From an uncultured Gammaproteobacteria bacterium (GTDB lineage: Bacteria; Pseudomonadota; Gammaproteobacteria; CAWCPV01): a stretch of DNA of 64,000 nucleotides. The stretch's first letter is position 1, and every line of letters starts with the position of its first letter. The notes under the pieces were generated by a model. The model did not search any database. It was not told the origin of the DNA and worked only from the letters and a program-made list of their open reading frames with translations. Positions 43,221 through 52,766 of this stretch are shown here, in pieces. Both the position numbers and the translations under genes were made by a program. The DNA is taken from assembly GCA_963797555.1 (NCBI GenBank), contig CAWCPV010000002.1:128001-192000 (forward strand). The letters run 5' to 3'.

Positions 43221-43519
43221 TTAGCCGGAAAAGTAGTTCACGACATCCATGCCCTGATGGGAATGCCGATGATGTCGATGCCCCCCTCGCGCACGATATA
43301 GAAGATGACATGCGAGCCTTGCGCGTAGCTGTGATAGCCCTCCTTGATGTCGGGACGGGGCTTGCCGAGGGCCGGGTGCTCCGCGCGCCAGGAGAACCGC
43401 CGGTCCATGGCGCGCAAATACACATCGCGCTGGTCCTTGCCCCAGGTCTCCAGCGTGTAGCGGGCGATGTTGCGCAGATCCTGCATGGCCCGCGGCGTGA
43501 GCCGGAACGTCCCGCTCAT
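43221..43519 (-). CDS. ParE/RelE toxin (1-nt deletion near 43260)
   Basis: LTPRA..DL..I..YT...WG..Q...Y, HVIFY; adding one C restores the tail IPHQGMDVVNYFSG*. Confidence 0.85.
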
Positions 43520-43764
43520 CCGTCCCGGTCCGGATCCGCGAGAAGGCCCTCGATGGAGTAGTCTTTCACGAACCCCCCGCTGCGCGCCTGCGCTTCACCT
43601 TCGGCGAGGTGCGCGCGCAGGGCGGCGAGCTTGCTGTTACGCTCTTCCATGTGGCGCAGCGCGTCGCGCACGACCTCGCTCGCGGAGCCGTAACGGCCGC
43701 TCGCGACCTCGTTGCGGATGAAGACTTCCCAGTGCTCGCCCAGGCTCAGGCTGGTGGTGGCCAT
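43516..43764 (-). CDS. ParD antitoxin
   Basis: TSLSLGEHW..FI...V.SGRY.SASEVVR.ALR. Confidence 0.9.
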   Translation of the reverse strand: MATTSLSLGEHWEVFIRNEVASGRYGSASEVVRDALRHMEERNSKLAALRAHLAEGEAQARSGGFVKDYSIEGLLADPDRDG

Positions 43765-43915
43765 GGTCAAACCTTGTTTGTTCACAAATAACAAATATGA
43801 ATATACCCCGATTCTCCCTAAAATCAAGTAAACCCGCTCTCAATGGTGGCAGACAGCCTTTCCCGGCGCATTACTTGAGGTGACAAATTGTGACCTCTCC
43901 ATTATCCGGACCCGT

Positions 43916-44503
43916 TCAGGACCGCACGAATGCAAGCAGCGCTTCGAGGTTGTGCCGGTCGGCTTCGCGCAGGGCGGCGACGTAGCTCCGGCGGGCTTCG
44001 CCGGGATCGGCCAAGTTCGCGCTGCCCCAGGTGAAACGCGGGCGGCCCAGGGACACAAGGAGCAGGTCGGTGGCGAGCCGGGCATGACGGCCATTGCCGT
44101 TCGGGTAGGCGTGAATGGAAACGAGCCGGTGATGGAAGCGGACGGCGATCTCATCGGGCTCATAGGTGCCGTGGCCGATCCAGAACCGGCAGTCATCCAC
44201 GAGCTGGCGCAGGTCCTGCGGGATGCGCCAGGCATCGACGCCGACATTCTTGCCGGTACGGCGGTACTGACCGGCCCAGCGCCAGACCCTGCCGAACATC
44301 CGCTTGTGCAGACCGTTCAGAAAACGCTCGCCCGGCACATCGCGCCTGCGCTTGAAGGCCCACTCCTCGGCCTCCAGGATGTTCGCCTGTTCGGCCGCAT
44401 TGAGTTCGCCGCGCAGGGTGATGTAGGAGGGAATCAGACCCTCCCGCTCTTCTGCGCTGAGCGGTGTCGCCGCATCGTCCTGCTCTCCGAGCGGGTCCGT
44501 CAT
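43916..44503 (-). CDS. Mobile mystery protein B (Fic domain)
   Basis: Fic motif HAYPNGNGRHAR; ATPL...GLIP, ELN.AEQ.NI. Confidence 0.88.
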   Translation of the reverse strand: MTDPLGEQDDAATPLSAEEREGLIPSYITLRGELNAAEQANILEAEEWAFKRRRDVPGERFLNGLHKRMFGRVWRWAGQYRRTGKNVGVDAWRIPQDLRQLVDDCRFWIGHGTYEPDEIAVRFHHRLVSIHAYPNGNGRHARLATDLLLVSLGRPRFTWGSANLADPGEARRSYVAALREADRHNLEALLAFVRS

Positions 44504-44967
44504 TCATCCTCCCACAGCGCAGAGCCCGACTGATCCAGCAGCCGCTTCGCCAGTTCCTTGATCTGCTCTTCTTCTTCGGCCTTGTCCACGCCTTGGGCTT
44601 CAAGCGCCATGCTGTGGCGGGTCGCGCGGAGGCGGCGCGCAGCGAGCAGGGCGGCGCGTTCTTCGGCGAGCGCTTCCAGGGGCTTTGGGGGGACCAGCGC
44701 ATAGACGAGGCGGCAGCCGAGCGCCTGGGCGGCCCGTTCCAGGGTTTCAAGGGTGATGCTGTCCGTGGCTTCCGCCTTCTCGATGGCGACGGCGCGCGGC
44801 TGGCTGACCCCGAGGCGCTTTCCAAGCTGCGCCGTCGTCATGCCCAGGGCTTCGCGGACGGCCTTGATCCAGCCGCGCGGCGGCCGTGCGAGCCCTTCCG
44901 CGTTCCGCAGCAGAGTCAGACGCTTGTCCAGTTGCCGGCGGGCTGAAGCCCGTTCCTGTGCGCGCAT
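44500..44967 (-). CDS. Mobile mystery protein A (XRE HTH)
   Basis: P..GWIKA.REALGMT..QL..RLGV, M.LEAQ, ALW; coupled to the Fic gene. Confidence 0.88.
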   Translation of the reverse strand: MRAQERASARRQLDKRLTLLRNAEGLARPPRGWIKAVREALGMTTAQLGKRLGVSQPRAVAIEKAEATDSITLETLERAAQALGCRLVYALVPPKPLEALAEERAALLAARRLRATRHSMALEAQGVDKAEEEEQIKELAKRLLDQSGSALWEDE

Positions 44968-45720
44968 GGTGATAACCTTCACATTATTTCGTACTCAGTA
45001 CACAATAACATATGCATTATATTTTTGGCTTTCCCGGCCCCTGCATTGGCCGCTTTCTTGTCTTCGCTCATACACGCGTAATGAACCTATACTTAGGCCG
45101 TACACAAGCTCTGTGCTGGCTGGCTGTTTGGCCGGTTCGATGGCCGCTTTCGAGCGGCGCGCGCTGCATCTCCAGCACCGCGCAGGCGAGCGCAAGGCGC
45201 GGGATCGCCGCCGGCCCCGCTGAGCCGTGAGCAATATTACGAGGCCATCGAGCAGCGCCTCGGGCTCGCCGGCCAGCCGCGCGCCGTGGTGTTTCATGTC
45301 AAGCCCGACAAGGACGGCACCGGGCGCGAGCATTGCCATGTCGTGTGGTCTCGGATCGACGTGGAGCGCATGAAGGCGATCCCCATGTCCCATGACCGCC
45401 GCAGGCTCTGCGATCTCGCCTGTGAGCTTGCCCACCAATACGGGCTTTCCCTGTCGCCCGGCCTTCAGGCGTGGGAGGAAAAAGCAGCGCTTCCGCAAGG
45501 ACGCGCTGGAGCCCACCCTCGGCGAAAAGGCCCAGGCCGAGCGGACCGGCATGACGCCCGAGGAGCGCCGCGCCGAGATCACGCAGCTTTATGAGCGCTG
45601 CGATAGCGGCGAAGCTTTCCGCAACGCCCTCGAAGAGCAGGGCTACATCCTCGCGCAAGGGGACCGGCGCGGCTTCGTCGTCGTCGATCAATTCGCGGGC
45701 GTCCACAGCCTGTCCCGTTA

Positions 45721-46822
45721 CTAATCCTTTCTTAAGTAAGGCCATATCAGACAGCGTAGCAGCAATGCGGATGCATGAAAAAGCCTTTGACGATTTCTGG
45801 CAGCTTCTGGAGCCGGCGCAAAGCACCGAGGAGTTTGCTCTTGAGATCCTCTTTGCTTTCCACCCGGCGCTTGGCGACGCGGGCTTTCACATGCCCCCAA
45901 ACCTGTTCGTCGGGATTGAGTTGGGGCGAGTACGGGGGGAGGAAGAACAGCTTAAGGCGCCCGTTCTGTTCGCCGATGAAGTCCTGGATCAATCGTGCCT
46001 TGTGGATGGGATGGCCATCGACGATGAGGAAGACCGGCCGGGTGGCGCCCACCAGCAGGCGCTTGAGGAATTCCTTGAACACCGCGGCGGTCACCGTCCC
46101 CTCGTGCACCATGAAGCGCAAGCCCCCGCGGGCGCTCACCGCCGAGAGCATGGCGAGCGAGAACCGCGCCCCGGTCACCGCGACCACCGGGGTCTTGCCC
46201 ATCGGCGCCCAAGTGGTGCCGGCGTGGTAGTCGGAGCGCATCCCCGACTCATCCCCAAAGTAGATGGTCGCCCCCACGCGCTTGGCCTCGGCCTGGATGG
46301 CGGGAAATTGCTCTTTCTGCCAGCGCTCGACCAGCACCGGATCGCGCTGCCAGGCACGGTAGAGCGGCTTCTGGGCAGTGAATCCCAGCACCCGCATCAC
46401 CCGCCTGACGGCGGAGTCCGAAAGGCGCTTGTTGAACCGCCGCTCGATCAACCTGCCGATGAGCGGCAGGGTCCACAGCGCAAACTCGAATCGGAACTGC
46501 TGCGGCGTGTGCTCGCGCACCGCCCCCGCCAGCCAGCGCATCTCCTCGGCGCCAAGCAGCGGCGGGCGGCCCGGGATCGGCTTGGCCAACAGCGCGTTCT
46601 GTCCCCCCGAGGCAAATGCCGAGAGCCAGCGAAACACGGTGCGAATGTTCAACCCGAAGGCCTGCGCTACGCTCTGTACCGTCTGTCCGTGACGCACCGC
46701 TTTCACGGCTTGCTGGCGCAGCACCTGCAGGCTCCTATGATCGAGCTTGCGCCCGTCCGATTCGCGCTTGCATTTCATGCCCCCATTGTACCAACATATG
46801 GCTTTACTTAAAATTGACTTAG
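45721..46822 (-). mobile_element. IS630-family insertion sequence (1102 bp)
   Basis: 27-bp imperfect IRs CTAA-N7-TTAAGTAA(G/A)GCCATAT; TA duplication at 45719-45720 and 46823-46824. Confidence 0.92.
45747..46778 (-). CDS. IS630 transposase, apparently intact
   Basis: HTH, FGDES, IVDGHPIH, LPPYSPQLNPDEQVW. Confidence 0.93.
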   Translation of the reverse strand: MKCKRESDGRKLDHRSLQVLRQQAVKAVRHGQTVQSVAQAFGLNIRTVFRWLSAFASGGQNALLAKPIPGRPPLLGAEEMRWLAGAVREHTPQQFRFEFALWTLPLIGRLIERRFNKRLSDSAVRRVMRVLGFTAQKPLYRAWQRDPVLVERWQKEQFPAIQAEAKRVGATIYFGDESGMRSDYHAGTTWAPMGKTPVVAVTGARFSLAMLSAVSARGGLRFMVHEGTVTAAVFKEFLKRLLVGATRPVFLIVDGHPIHKARLIQDFIGEQNGRLKLFFLPPYSPQLNPDEQVWGHVKARVAKRRVESKEDLKSKLLGALRRLQKLPEIVKGFFMHPHCCYAV

Positions 46823-48072
46823 TATATCAAAGGCCATAGCGCGAAGGAGATTGCCAAGTAGCTCGCGCCGCTCACGCCCGACCAGTTGCCGGGGGTCGAG
46901 CAGGCCAAGGAGATGGCGCGGGCGCGGGCAAAGGCCGAGGAACAGCGCGCGGCCGCGCAGGCCGAGCTGGAGAAAAAGCAGGCTGCCCGGCGCGCCGAGC
47001 TTGCCGGGGCGGAGCAGGACCTGCTGACTCGGCAGGCGGCGGAAAAACTCGCGCTGCATGCCGCCCAGGAGAGCGAGAGCAGGGGGCTGATATTCCGCGT
47101 GCGCAGCGCCGTCGCCGATCTGGTCCGGCGCACGCCGGGCCTGCGCTCGGTGCTCGGGCCGATCCAGAAAAAGCTACATCTCGACCCGAAGGAGCGCCAC
47201 GCCCTGGAGGGCGAGGCGCTGGAGCGCCGTCACGCCCGCGAGAAGCTCGACATAGAGCGGCGGAAAAGACTGCTGACTCAGGTGGAAAAGCGCGAGCGGC
47301 AGTCCCTCGAAAAGTGGCTGCTGCGCAAGGCACACCAGGCGCGGCGCCTGGAGAACGAGGCGCAGCGCGAGCACGCCGACGCCGCCCGCGAGACGCCCGG
47401 CCGCAGCAGGCGCTATTATCGCAGCGGCGACCTCTCCCGCACCTTCGACGAGGCCGCCGCCACGCCGCAGGGCGAGGGCGGCACGGGCGGAGAGGACACG
47501 CGCGCCCCGAGCTGGAAGGCGCGGGCCGACAAGCACGCCAAAGGCCGCGACCACAAGCGCGGCAAAGGTTACGGCTACCGGCGGGATCAGGACAAGGATT
47601 TCGGCAAGGACCCGTAAGGCCCGGCGGCGGTCAATGCCCCCTGACCGGGCGGCCGGGACGGGCGTTAGCGCCTGTCCGGAAAGATAGCCTTTTAGCGAAA
47701 GTTAACGGCTTCTCAACCGCCCGGTCCGTACACTGAAAGTAGTGCCCGCAGCCTTCACCATCCGCCAAGGAGTTCGAACCATGGACACTGACCTTCCCCG
47801 CCAGCTTGAGGTCCTCTCGGAACTATTCGACGCCCAGATTCGCCGTCTTCCAGACGGCACTCTCGAAGTCGTCGACGGCCCCCATGTAAGCCGCATCTCG
47901 CCCAAGGGGGGACCTGACGCAACACAACACCGACCCCGACGACCAGCCGGACCCCGGCCAGAGCTGGGTCCCGCCATCGCCGCGAGGCCCCCGGTTTTAG
48001 CAGGGCGATTCAGTGGGTGAACGCCGTCAGTCAACGAGCACAGCAGGCTTGGCCGGTGGCCTTTGGACGTGT

Positions 48073-48582
48073 CTAAAGCAGCCGTGCGAGGCGTCTAACA
48101 CGGCGCAGGACTTCTTCTGCCGGTAGGAACACGAACGCGTCATCGTGAAAAAGCCGGAGCGCGTTATAAAGGGTCTGGATCGGCACCACGCCGTGGACTT
48201 CCATCTCGTCTGTAACCCAGAGCACACCCCGGACTTCGCTCCCATTGCCTTCGGCGATGCGCCGCAACGGGCCGTCTCCCGTCAGCAGGATGCACCGCCC
48301 AACCTCCTCGGCCAGCGTCAGCGCAAAGCAGTCATTGAGCTTGAGCCTTGAGTGTTCATTGAAGTACCGGCCGGCGCGCTCCACTGCCGGCCCAGGCAGA
48401 CTGCGCACCTCCAGGCCGAGATCGCGCAGGGCTTGCTTTTCCGTGTCGCTCAAACATAGCCATTCATCCTCAAACAGGGTGTCAGGCATGACGAACGTGT
48501 AAGGGAGCCGCAACATGGCTTCCAGTAGACCGGCCTTCCTCAGGTCGATCATGCAGCTTGTGTCGCTAACCACTATCCGCAT
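48073..48582 (-). CDS. PIN-domain protein
   Basis: IVVSDTS..IDL, D.F.L.LA, LLTGD..LR, VRGVLW. Confidence 0.8.
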   Translation of the reverse strand: MRIVVSDTSCMIDLRKAGLLEAMLRLPYTFVMPDTLFEDEWLCLSDTEKQALRDLGLEVRSLPGPAVERAGRYFNEHSRLKLNDCFALTLAEEVGRCILLTGDGPLRRIAEGNGSEVRGVLWVTDEMEVHGVVPIQTLYNALRLFHDDAFVFLPAEEVLRRVRRLARLL

Positions 48583-49657
48583 TACCTTCGGCAGGTCCTT
48601 TCAGTCCTTTTTCGATTTCTGCCAAAGGCTGCTGTAACAGTTCCCCCGCCTTGCCCGGCGTGATGAGCCCTTCCGCCAGCGCCCAGTAGCAAAGCCTTTC
48701 AAAACGGCGTGGGACCTCGTGCCTCCCTTCCTCGCCCGAAGCTTCCAGAGGCCTCGGCTCGCTCGAACGCCAGCCGCGTGCAAAAGTCTGGAAGGCATAG
48801 GCGAGAGTCGAATCATCGATGACGCCCACCTGCTTGAGCCGGACTAGAAGCGTTGCCGCGCTGACACGGTACATGCGCTTGAGCTGGACGAGTTCCTGGT
48901 AACCCAGCGCCTTTCTGCGATTGCCGACCTCGCGCACGAGATGCTCTTTGGGCACAAGAAAAGCCCCCGCAAAGACATTCGATGCCTTCTCGTGATCGAC
49001 AGGGGAGGATTTGTCAATCAGGCGGTGCGCCAGTTCGTGGGCGAGCGTGAACCGCCGCCGTTCGAGCCTGACGCGCTCGTTTACCACAATCACATGCACC
49101 CGCGTTTTGTGCCGCGGGCGGCGCACAAGACAGGTAAGGCCGGACACACGACCGGGCAGGGGAATGATCAGTACCTTGATTCCCTGGTCTTCCAGCAAAG
49201 AGGTCATATTGGGGATGGGGTCGATCCCCAGCTTCCAGTCCCTGCGCAGCTCTTGCGCCAGGATCTCGCTATCATCTTCCTGGCCGAGGAACCGGTTTCC
49301 AAGCCGGGGGACCTTCCAGGCGGCGCTGTCGAGATCCAGGATTTCCTCGACGGCGATGTAACGCTGAAGACGGTCGATGACCTCCGCCTCAACACGCGCC
49401 CTGTCGCCAGCGATCGTGCCTGCGAGTTTGCGGAACTCGACGGCTTCAAGCTCTTCGACCCGTTCGCTAAGCAAATATTCCAGCGATACGCCGAGCACCC
49501 TCGCCATATGGATCATCACCGCCGAACTCGGCATCATCTCGCCGCGCTCATATTTGCCGATGGCCTGCGCCGTCACTTCCCCGTCCAGCGCATCCGAAAG
49601 GCTACGCAGCGAGTGGCCGGCCTTTTTCCGGGCGAGCTTCAGACGATCTCCAAACAT
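48566..49657 (-). CDS. XRE-HTH plus ImmA/IrrE zinc metallopeptidase fusion
   Basis: GDRLKLARK...SL..L, IGKYERG HTH; RRFTLAHELAH HExxH; E..A..FAGAFL.P. Confidence 0.92.
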   Translation of the reverse strand: MFGDRLKLARKKAGHSLRSLSDALDGEVTAQAIGKYERGEMMPSSAVMIHMARVLGVSLEYLLSERVEELEAVEFRKLAGTIAGDRARVEAEVIDRLQRYIAVEEILDLDSAAWKVPRLGNRFLGQEDDSEILAQELRRDWKLGIDPIPNMTSLLEDQGIKVLIIPLPGRVSGLTCLVRRPRHKTRVHVIVVNERVRLERRRFTLAHELAHRLIDKSSPVDHEKASNVFAGAFLVPKEHLVREVGNRRKALGYQELVQLKRMYRVSAATLLVRLKQVGVIDDSTLAYAFQTFARGWRSSEPRPLEASGEEGRHEVPRRFERLCYWALAEGLITPGKAGELLQQPLAEIEKGLKGPAEGNADSG

Positions 49658-49677
49658 GCGGTTCCTTTTTGGCTTGC

Positions 49678-49715
49678 GGTTTACACTTTTAAGCCTTACA
49701 ATCAAATTGTAAACC
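49678..49715. promoter_or_regulatory. Nested palindromic operator between the divergent XRE-ImmA and CBASS units
   Basis: GGTTTACA (49678-85) and TGTAAACC (49708-15); inner TTACAAT-CAA-ATTGTAA (49696-49712). Confidence 0.6.
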
Positions 49716-49790
49716 AAAGCCTAGGTTCCGTCAAATTTGCGCCGCGCATGCCGGAGCCAGGATGATATCTTGTATAAACAGGAGGTTATC

Positions 49791-50015
49791 ATGAGCAAAC
49801 GCAACCAGCATATCGTTCCCCATGAAGGGGGGTGGGCCGTACGCGGCGCGGGTAGCCAGCGCGCCACATCCGTTTACCGCACGCAGCAAGAGGCCATCGA
49901 TGCGGGGCGCGAGATCGCCCGCAACCAGGGCACCGAACTCTTAATCCACGGTCGCGACGGTCGTATCCGGGACCGAGATTCCCACGGGAACGATCCGTTC
50001 CCGCCCAAGGGCTGA
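49791..50015 (+). CDS. DUF2188 small protein
   Basis: AGGAGG RBS; HIVP...GWAV, TQ.EAI..GR.IA, ELLIHG.DG.I...SHGNDP.PP.G. Confidence 0.85.
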   Translation: MSKRNQHIVPHEGGWAVRGAGSQRATSVYRTQQEAIDAGREIARNQGTELLIHGRDGRIRDRDSHGNDPFPPKG

Positions 50016-50048
50016 CCGGGGGCGCGAGCACAGAGAGAGGCTGAGCTG

Positions 50049-50921
50049 ATGGATATGATCGTTGACCAATCCGACCTTCCTCATCGGGACTTCGCCGACG
50101 CATGGGCTGCTATCAAGCTTCCCGAGTCGGTTCGTGAACGCTTGCTCGCCCAGTCCGTGCTCGCGCTTCAATTGCGCCAACAGTTTTCCTTTGAGTCGAT
50201 GCCTGTACACGGTCTCATCGTTTTGTCCGGGGTTCCGGGTACTGGCAAGACCACCCTGGCGCGTGGACTTGCGAATCAAGTCGCGGGCGCACTCAAAGGC
50301 GCAACGGCCCGCTTTATCCAGGTCGATCCCCATGCTCTGACAAGTTCCTCCCTCGGCAAGAGCCAGAAAGAGGTGACCAAGCTCTTCCATCAGATCATTC
50401 CGGAATATGCGGCGGGCGGCCCGTGCATCGTTCTCCTTGATGAAGTGGAAACTCTTGCCCCCGATCGGCAGCGGATGAGCCTGGAGGCGAACCCGATCGA
50501 CGTCCACCGCGCCACGGATGCAGCGCTTGCCGGGCTAGACTTGCTGACCCGCAAGAACCGAAACGTGTTGTTGATCGCAACGACGAATTTCCCGCAAGCC
50601 GTAGATCGCGCCCTGATGTCGCGGGCGGACTGGATCGAGGAGATCGGCCTGCCGGACGCGGCGGCCCGCACCACTATCATCACTGATGTCCTGGACCGGC
50701 TCGCTACCGTCTGGCCGCGCGTTGCCGATCTGAAACGGCAGATCGGGTCCTTCGTTGCAGCGTCGGAGGGACTCGATGGACGCCGGCTGCGCAAGGCGAT
50801 CATCTCCGCTGCGGCCGCTTCCGTTGAAACCGCCCGTGATCTGAACAGGCTCAAGGCCGAGCATATCCTCGCGACCTTGAAGGCTGTCGCCGCCGTCGGG
50901 CCGGCCGAGGAAGCGGCATGA
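50049..50921 (+). CDS. CBASS TRIP13/Pch2-like AAA+ ATPase (Cap6)
   Basis: Walker A GVPGTGKT, Walker B VLLDE, ATTNF, SRAD; coupled to HORMA genes. Confidence 0.85.
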   Translation: MDMIVDQSDLPHRDFADAWAAIKLPESVRERLLAQSVLALQLRQQFSFESMPVHGLIVLSGVPGTGKTTLARGLANQVAGALKGATARFIQVDPHALTSSSLGKSQKEVTKLFHQIIPEYAAGGPCIVLLDEVETLAPDRQRMSLEANPIDVHRATDAALAGLDLLTRKNRNVLLIATTNFPQAVDRALMSRADWIEEIGLPDAAARTTIITDVLDRLATVWPRVADLKRQIGSFVAASEGLDGRRLRKAIISAAAASVETARDLNRLKAEHILATLKAVAAVGPAEEAA

Positions 50922-51385
50922 GGATACGCCGCGATATCGCCTCCATCCCGATTCGCTCGGCAAAGGAAACGTGGAGCGCCGTAGTCGCGCTCGTGACGGG
51001 CGATGGCTCGGTGGATCGGAAGCAGCTTGATGCGGCCGCCAGCATTATGGAGTCGCTGATTGCTGACGAACAACCCGCTATCGCTCCCATCGTTTTCAAG
51101 GGATGCGGCCCGCGCGTGGTCATTTACTGTCTTTATGACGAGGACGCGATGGAAGCTGGGCTTGCGCTTGACAGCCTGAACACCAATCCGACGGCGGGTA
51201 ACTGGCAGATGACGGCACCCTGCGAAGAGGGCGATGTGGATTGGATGAACAACACGCTTAAGGAAAGAGCGCCGCGGATGACCGTTCATCCTGCGCACCA
51301 GCCGCCCTCCGATGAGGGCGCGGACGAGCTGGACGCGGCGGCCAAAGTCCTTGACATCGACTGGGGGGCGCTGGGCAAATCATGA
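50918..51385 (+). CDS. CBASS Cap8 (HORMA3-like)
   Basis: RR..ASIP.RSA.ETW, IYCLYDEDA, PC...D..W; position between Cap6 and Cap7. Confidence 0.75.
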   Translation: MRIRRDIASIPIRSAKETWSAVVALVTGDGSVDRKQLDAAASIMESLIADEQPAIAPIVFKGCGPRVVIYCLYDEDAMEAGLALDSLNTNPTAGNWQMTAPCEEGDVDWMNNTLKERAPRMTVHPAHQPPSDEGADELDAAAKVLDIDWGALGKS

Positions 51386-51885
51386 GCGCCGTTTCCGTTA
51401 ACGCCCACGCCCGCAGCCATACGTCCGTTTATGTGTCGGACAAGCTGCGGAACTTGCTTAAGATTCTGGTCCGCCATCATGGCCTCGACCCGCAGAAGGT
51501 CGTCGATGCCTGGTCTGACTGGGTTGATCGCGCGGCCCGCACATGGCTGGAGTCGGGCCACCTCCGCGCCATCGTGATCGAATTCTACTGGCCGGGCTCG
51601 GATTTCGCCGTCGCTCGCTGGGATTTTCCGATCCGCTATGACGGCAGCGGCGCTGACGAGATGTGGGTCGACCGGCTTTTCTTCGAAGACTCCCTTGCCA
51701 AGGCAAAACCCCCACTGTCCGGCTGCTCCTACCGCATCGTGCTCCAAACTTGGCCTGGTAAGCCGCTCGTCGCAGGTGTCGGAGACACGACCCTGCGGTC
51801 GGTCGACGGCCTCGTTGCCCGCGAGGTTGGCACGGTCATAGCCACCCCCGACATCATGGCGTCCGCGAGGTATTACCGCTCATGA
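51382..51885 (+). CDS. CBASS Cap7 (HORMA2-like)
   Basis: HTSVYVSD, W.ESGHL..I.IE, RWDF.I.Y, YRIV; directly upstream of the cyclase. Confidence 0.78.
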   Translation: MSAVSVNAHARSHTSVYVSDKLRNLLKILVRHHGLDPQKVVDAWSDWVDRAARTWLESGHLRAIVIEFYWPGSDFAVARWDFPIRYDGSGADEMWVDRLFFEDSLAKAKPPLSGCSYRIVLQTWPGKPLVAGVGDTTLRSVDGLVAREVGTVIATPDIMASARYYRS

Positions 51886-52766
51886 TCACGGTTGCCGAAG
51901 CCTTCGAGAAATTCCGTCAGCGGCTTGAACTCAGCGACACAGAGCAGAAGGACGCTATTCGTCGTCACAACGACGTGCGTGACTGCATACGGGCGACATT
52001 CGATGTCGAGCGGGACTTCCTCACGGGTTCATACGCCCGGCACACCAAGACGAAGCCCCTCAAGGATGTCGATATCTTTTTTTGCCTCGGGGCAAAGGAC
52101 AGCCACTGGCGCAACAAGCCACCCCATGAGGTACTCGGCGAGTTCGAAAAGCGCCTTGCCGCTAAGTACGGTGCCGATAGTGTCGATCCAGGCCGCCGCT
52201 GTGTGACGGTGGAGTTCGAGAAGCGCAATCCGACCGCCGACGAGGAAGGCAAGGTGCTCAGCAACGATGCTGTTCCCGCGTATGAGTTGAGCAACTGTTA
52301 TGAGATTCCCGACCGCGACCTCGGGAAGTGGATCAAGACCGACCCTGACATCCACAAGGAGAAGGCCACAGCCAAGAACAAAGCGCTGGATGGCAAGTGG
52401 GTACCGCTGGTCAAGATGCTCAAACGCTGGAACCGCTCGGCGGGAAAGCCGATCTCACCGTCATTTCTGATCGAAGTCATGGCGCTTGAACTCGTCGATC
52501 CGCCGTTCACGAATTACCCGAGTGAAATTCGCCGGTTCTTCGCTGCCGCCCTTGACGGCGTCATGCAGGACTGGCCCGATCCGGCGGGCCTTGGACCGCC
52601 GGTCTCCGACCAGATGACGTCCGAAAAACGGCAGGCGGCCATCGCCGCACTACGCGCGGCGGAGGTGAAGGCAGCCCGAGCCGTCCGTCTTGAGCAGCAG
52701 GGCAAAAACGGGGAAGCGCTTGCGTTATGGCGCGAGGTCATGGGCAAGTACTTTCCGACGAGTTGA
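51882..52766 (+). CDS. CBASS CD-NTase (CdnC/CdnD-like oligonucleotide cyclase)
   Basis: FLTGSY.R.T.TKPLKDVDIF, D.VPA, W..TDP, LVKM.K.WN, SFL.EV. Confidence 0.9.
   Translation: MITVAEAFEKFRQRLELSDTEQKDAIRRHNDVRDCIRATFDVERDFLTGSYARHTKTKPLKDVDIFFCLGAKDSHWRNKPPHEVLGEFEKRLAAKYGADSVDPGRRCVTVEFEKRNPTADEEGKVLSNDAVPAYELSNCYEIPDRDLGKWIKTDPDIHKEKATAKNKALDGKWVPLVKMLKRWNRSAGKPISPSFLIEVMALELVDPPFTNYPSEIRRFFAAALDGVMQDWPDPAGLGPPVSDQMTSEKRQAAIAALRAAEVKAARAVRLEQQGKNGEALALWREVMGKYFPTS

Larger units (their letters stand above)
45150..47617 (+). pseudogene. Relaxase/mobilisation protein, N-terminally eroded and split by IS630
   Basis: HUH-like GREHCHVVWSRID; removing the IS restores ...VHSLSR-YIKGHSAKEI; coiled-coil C-terminus 46886-47617. 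Confidence 0.75.
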
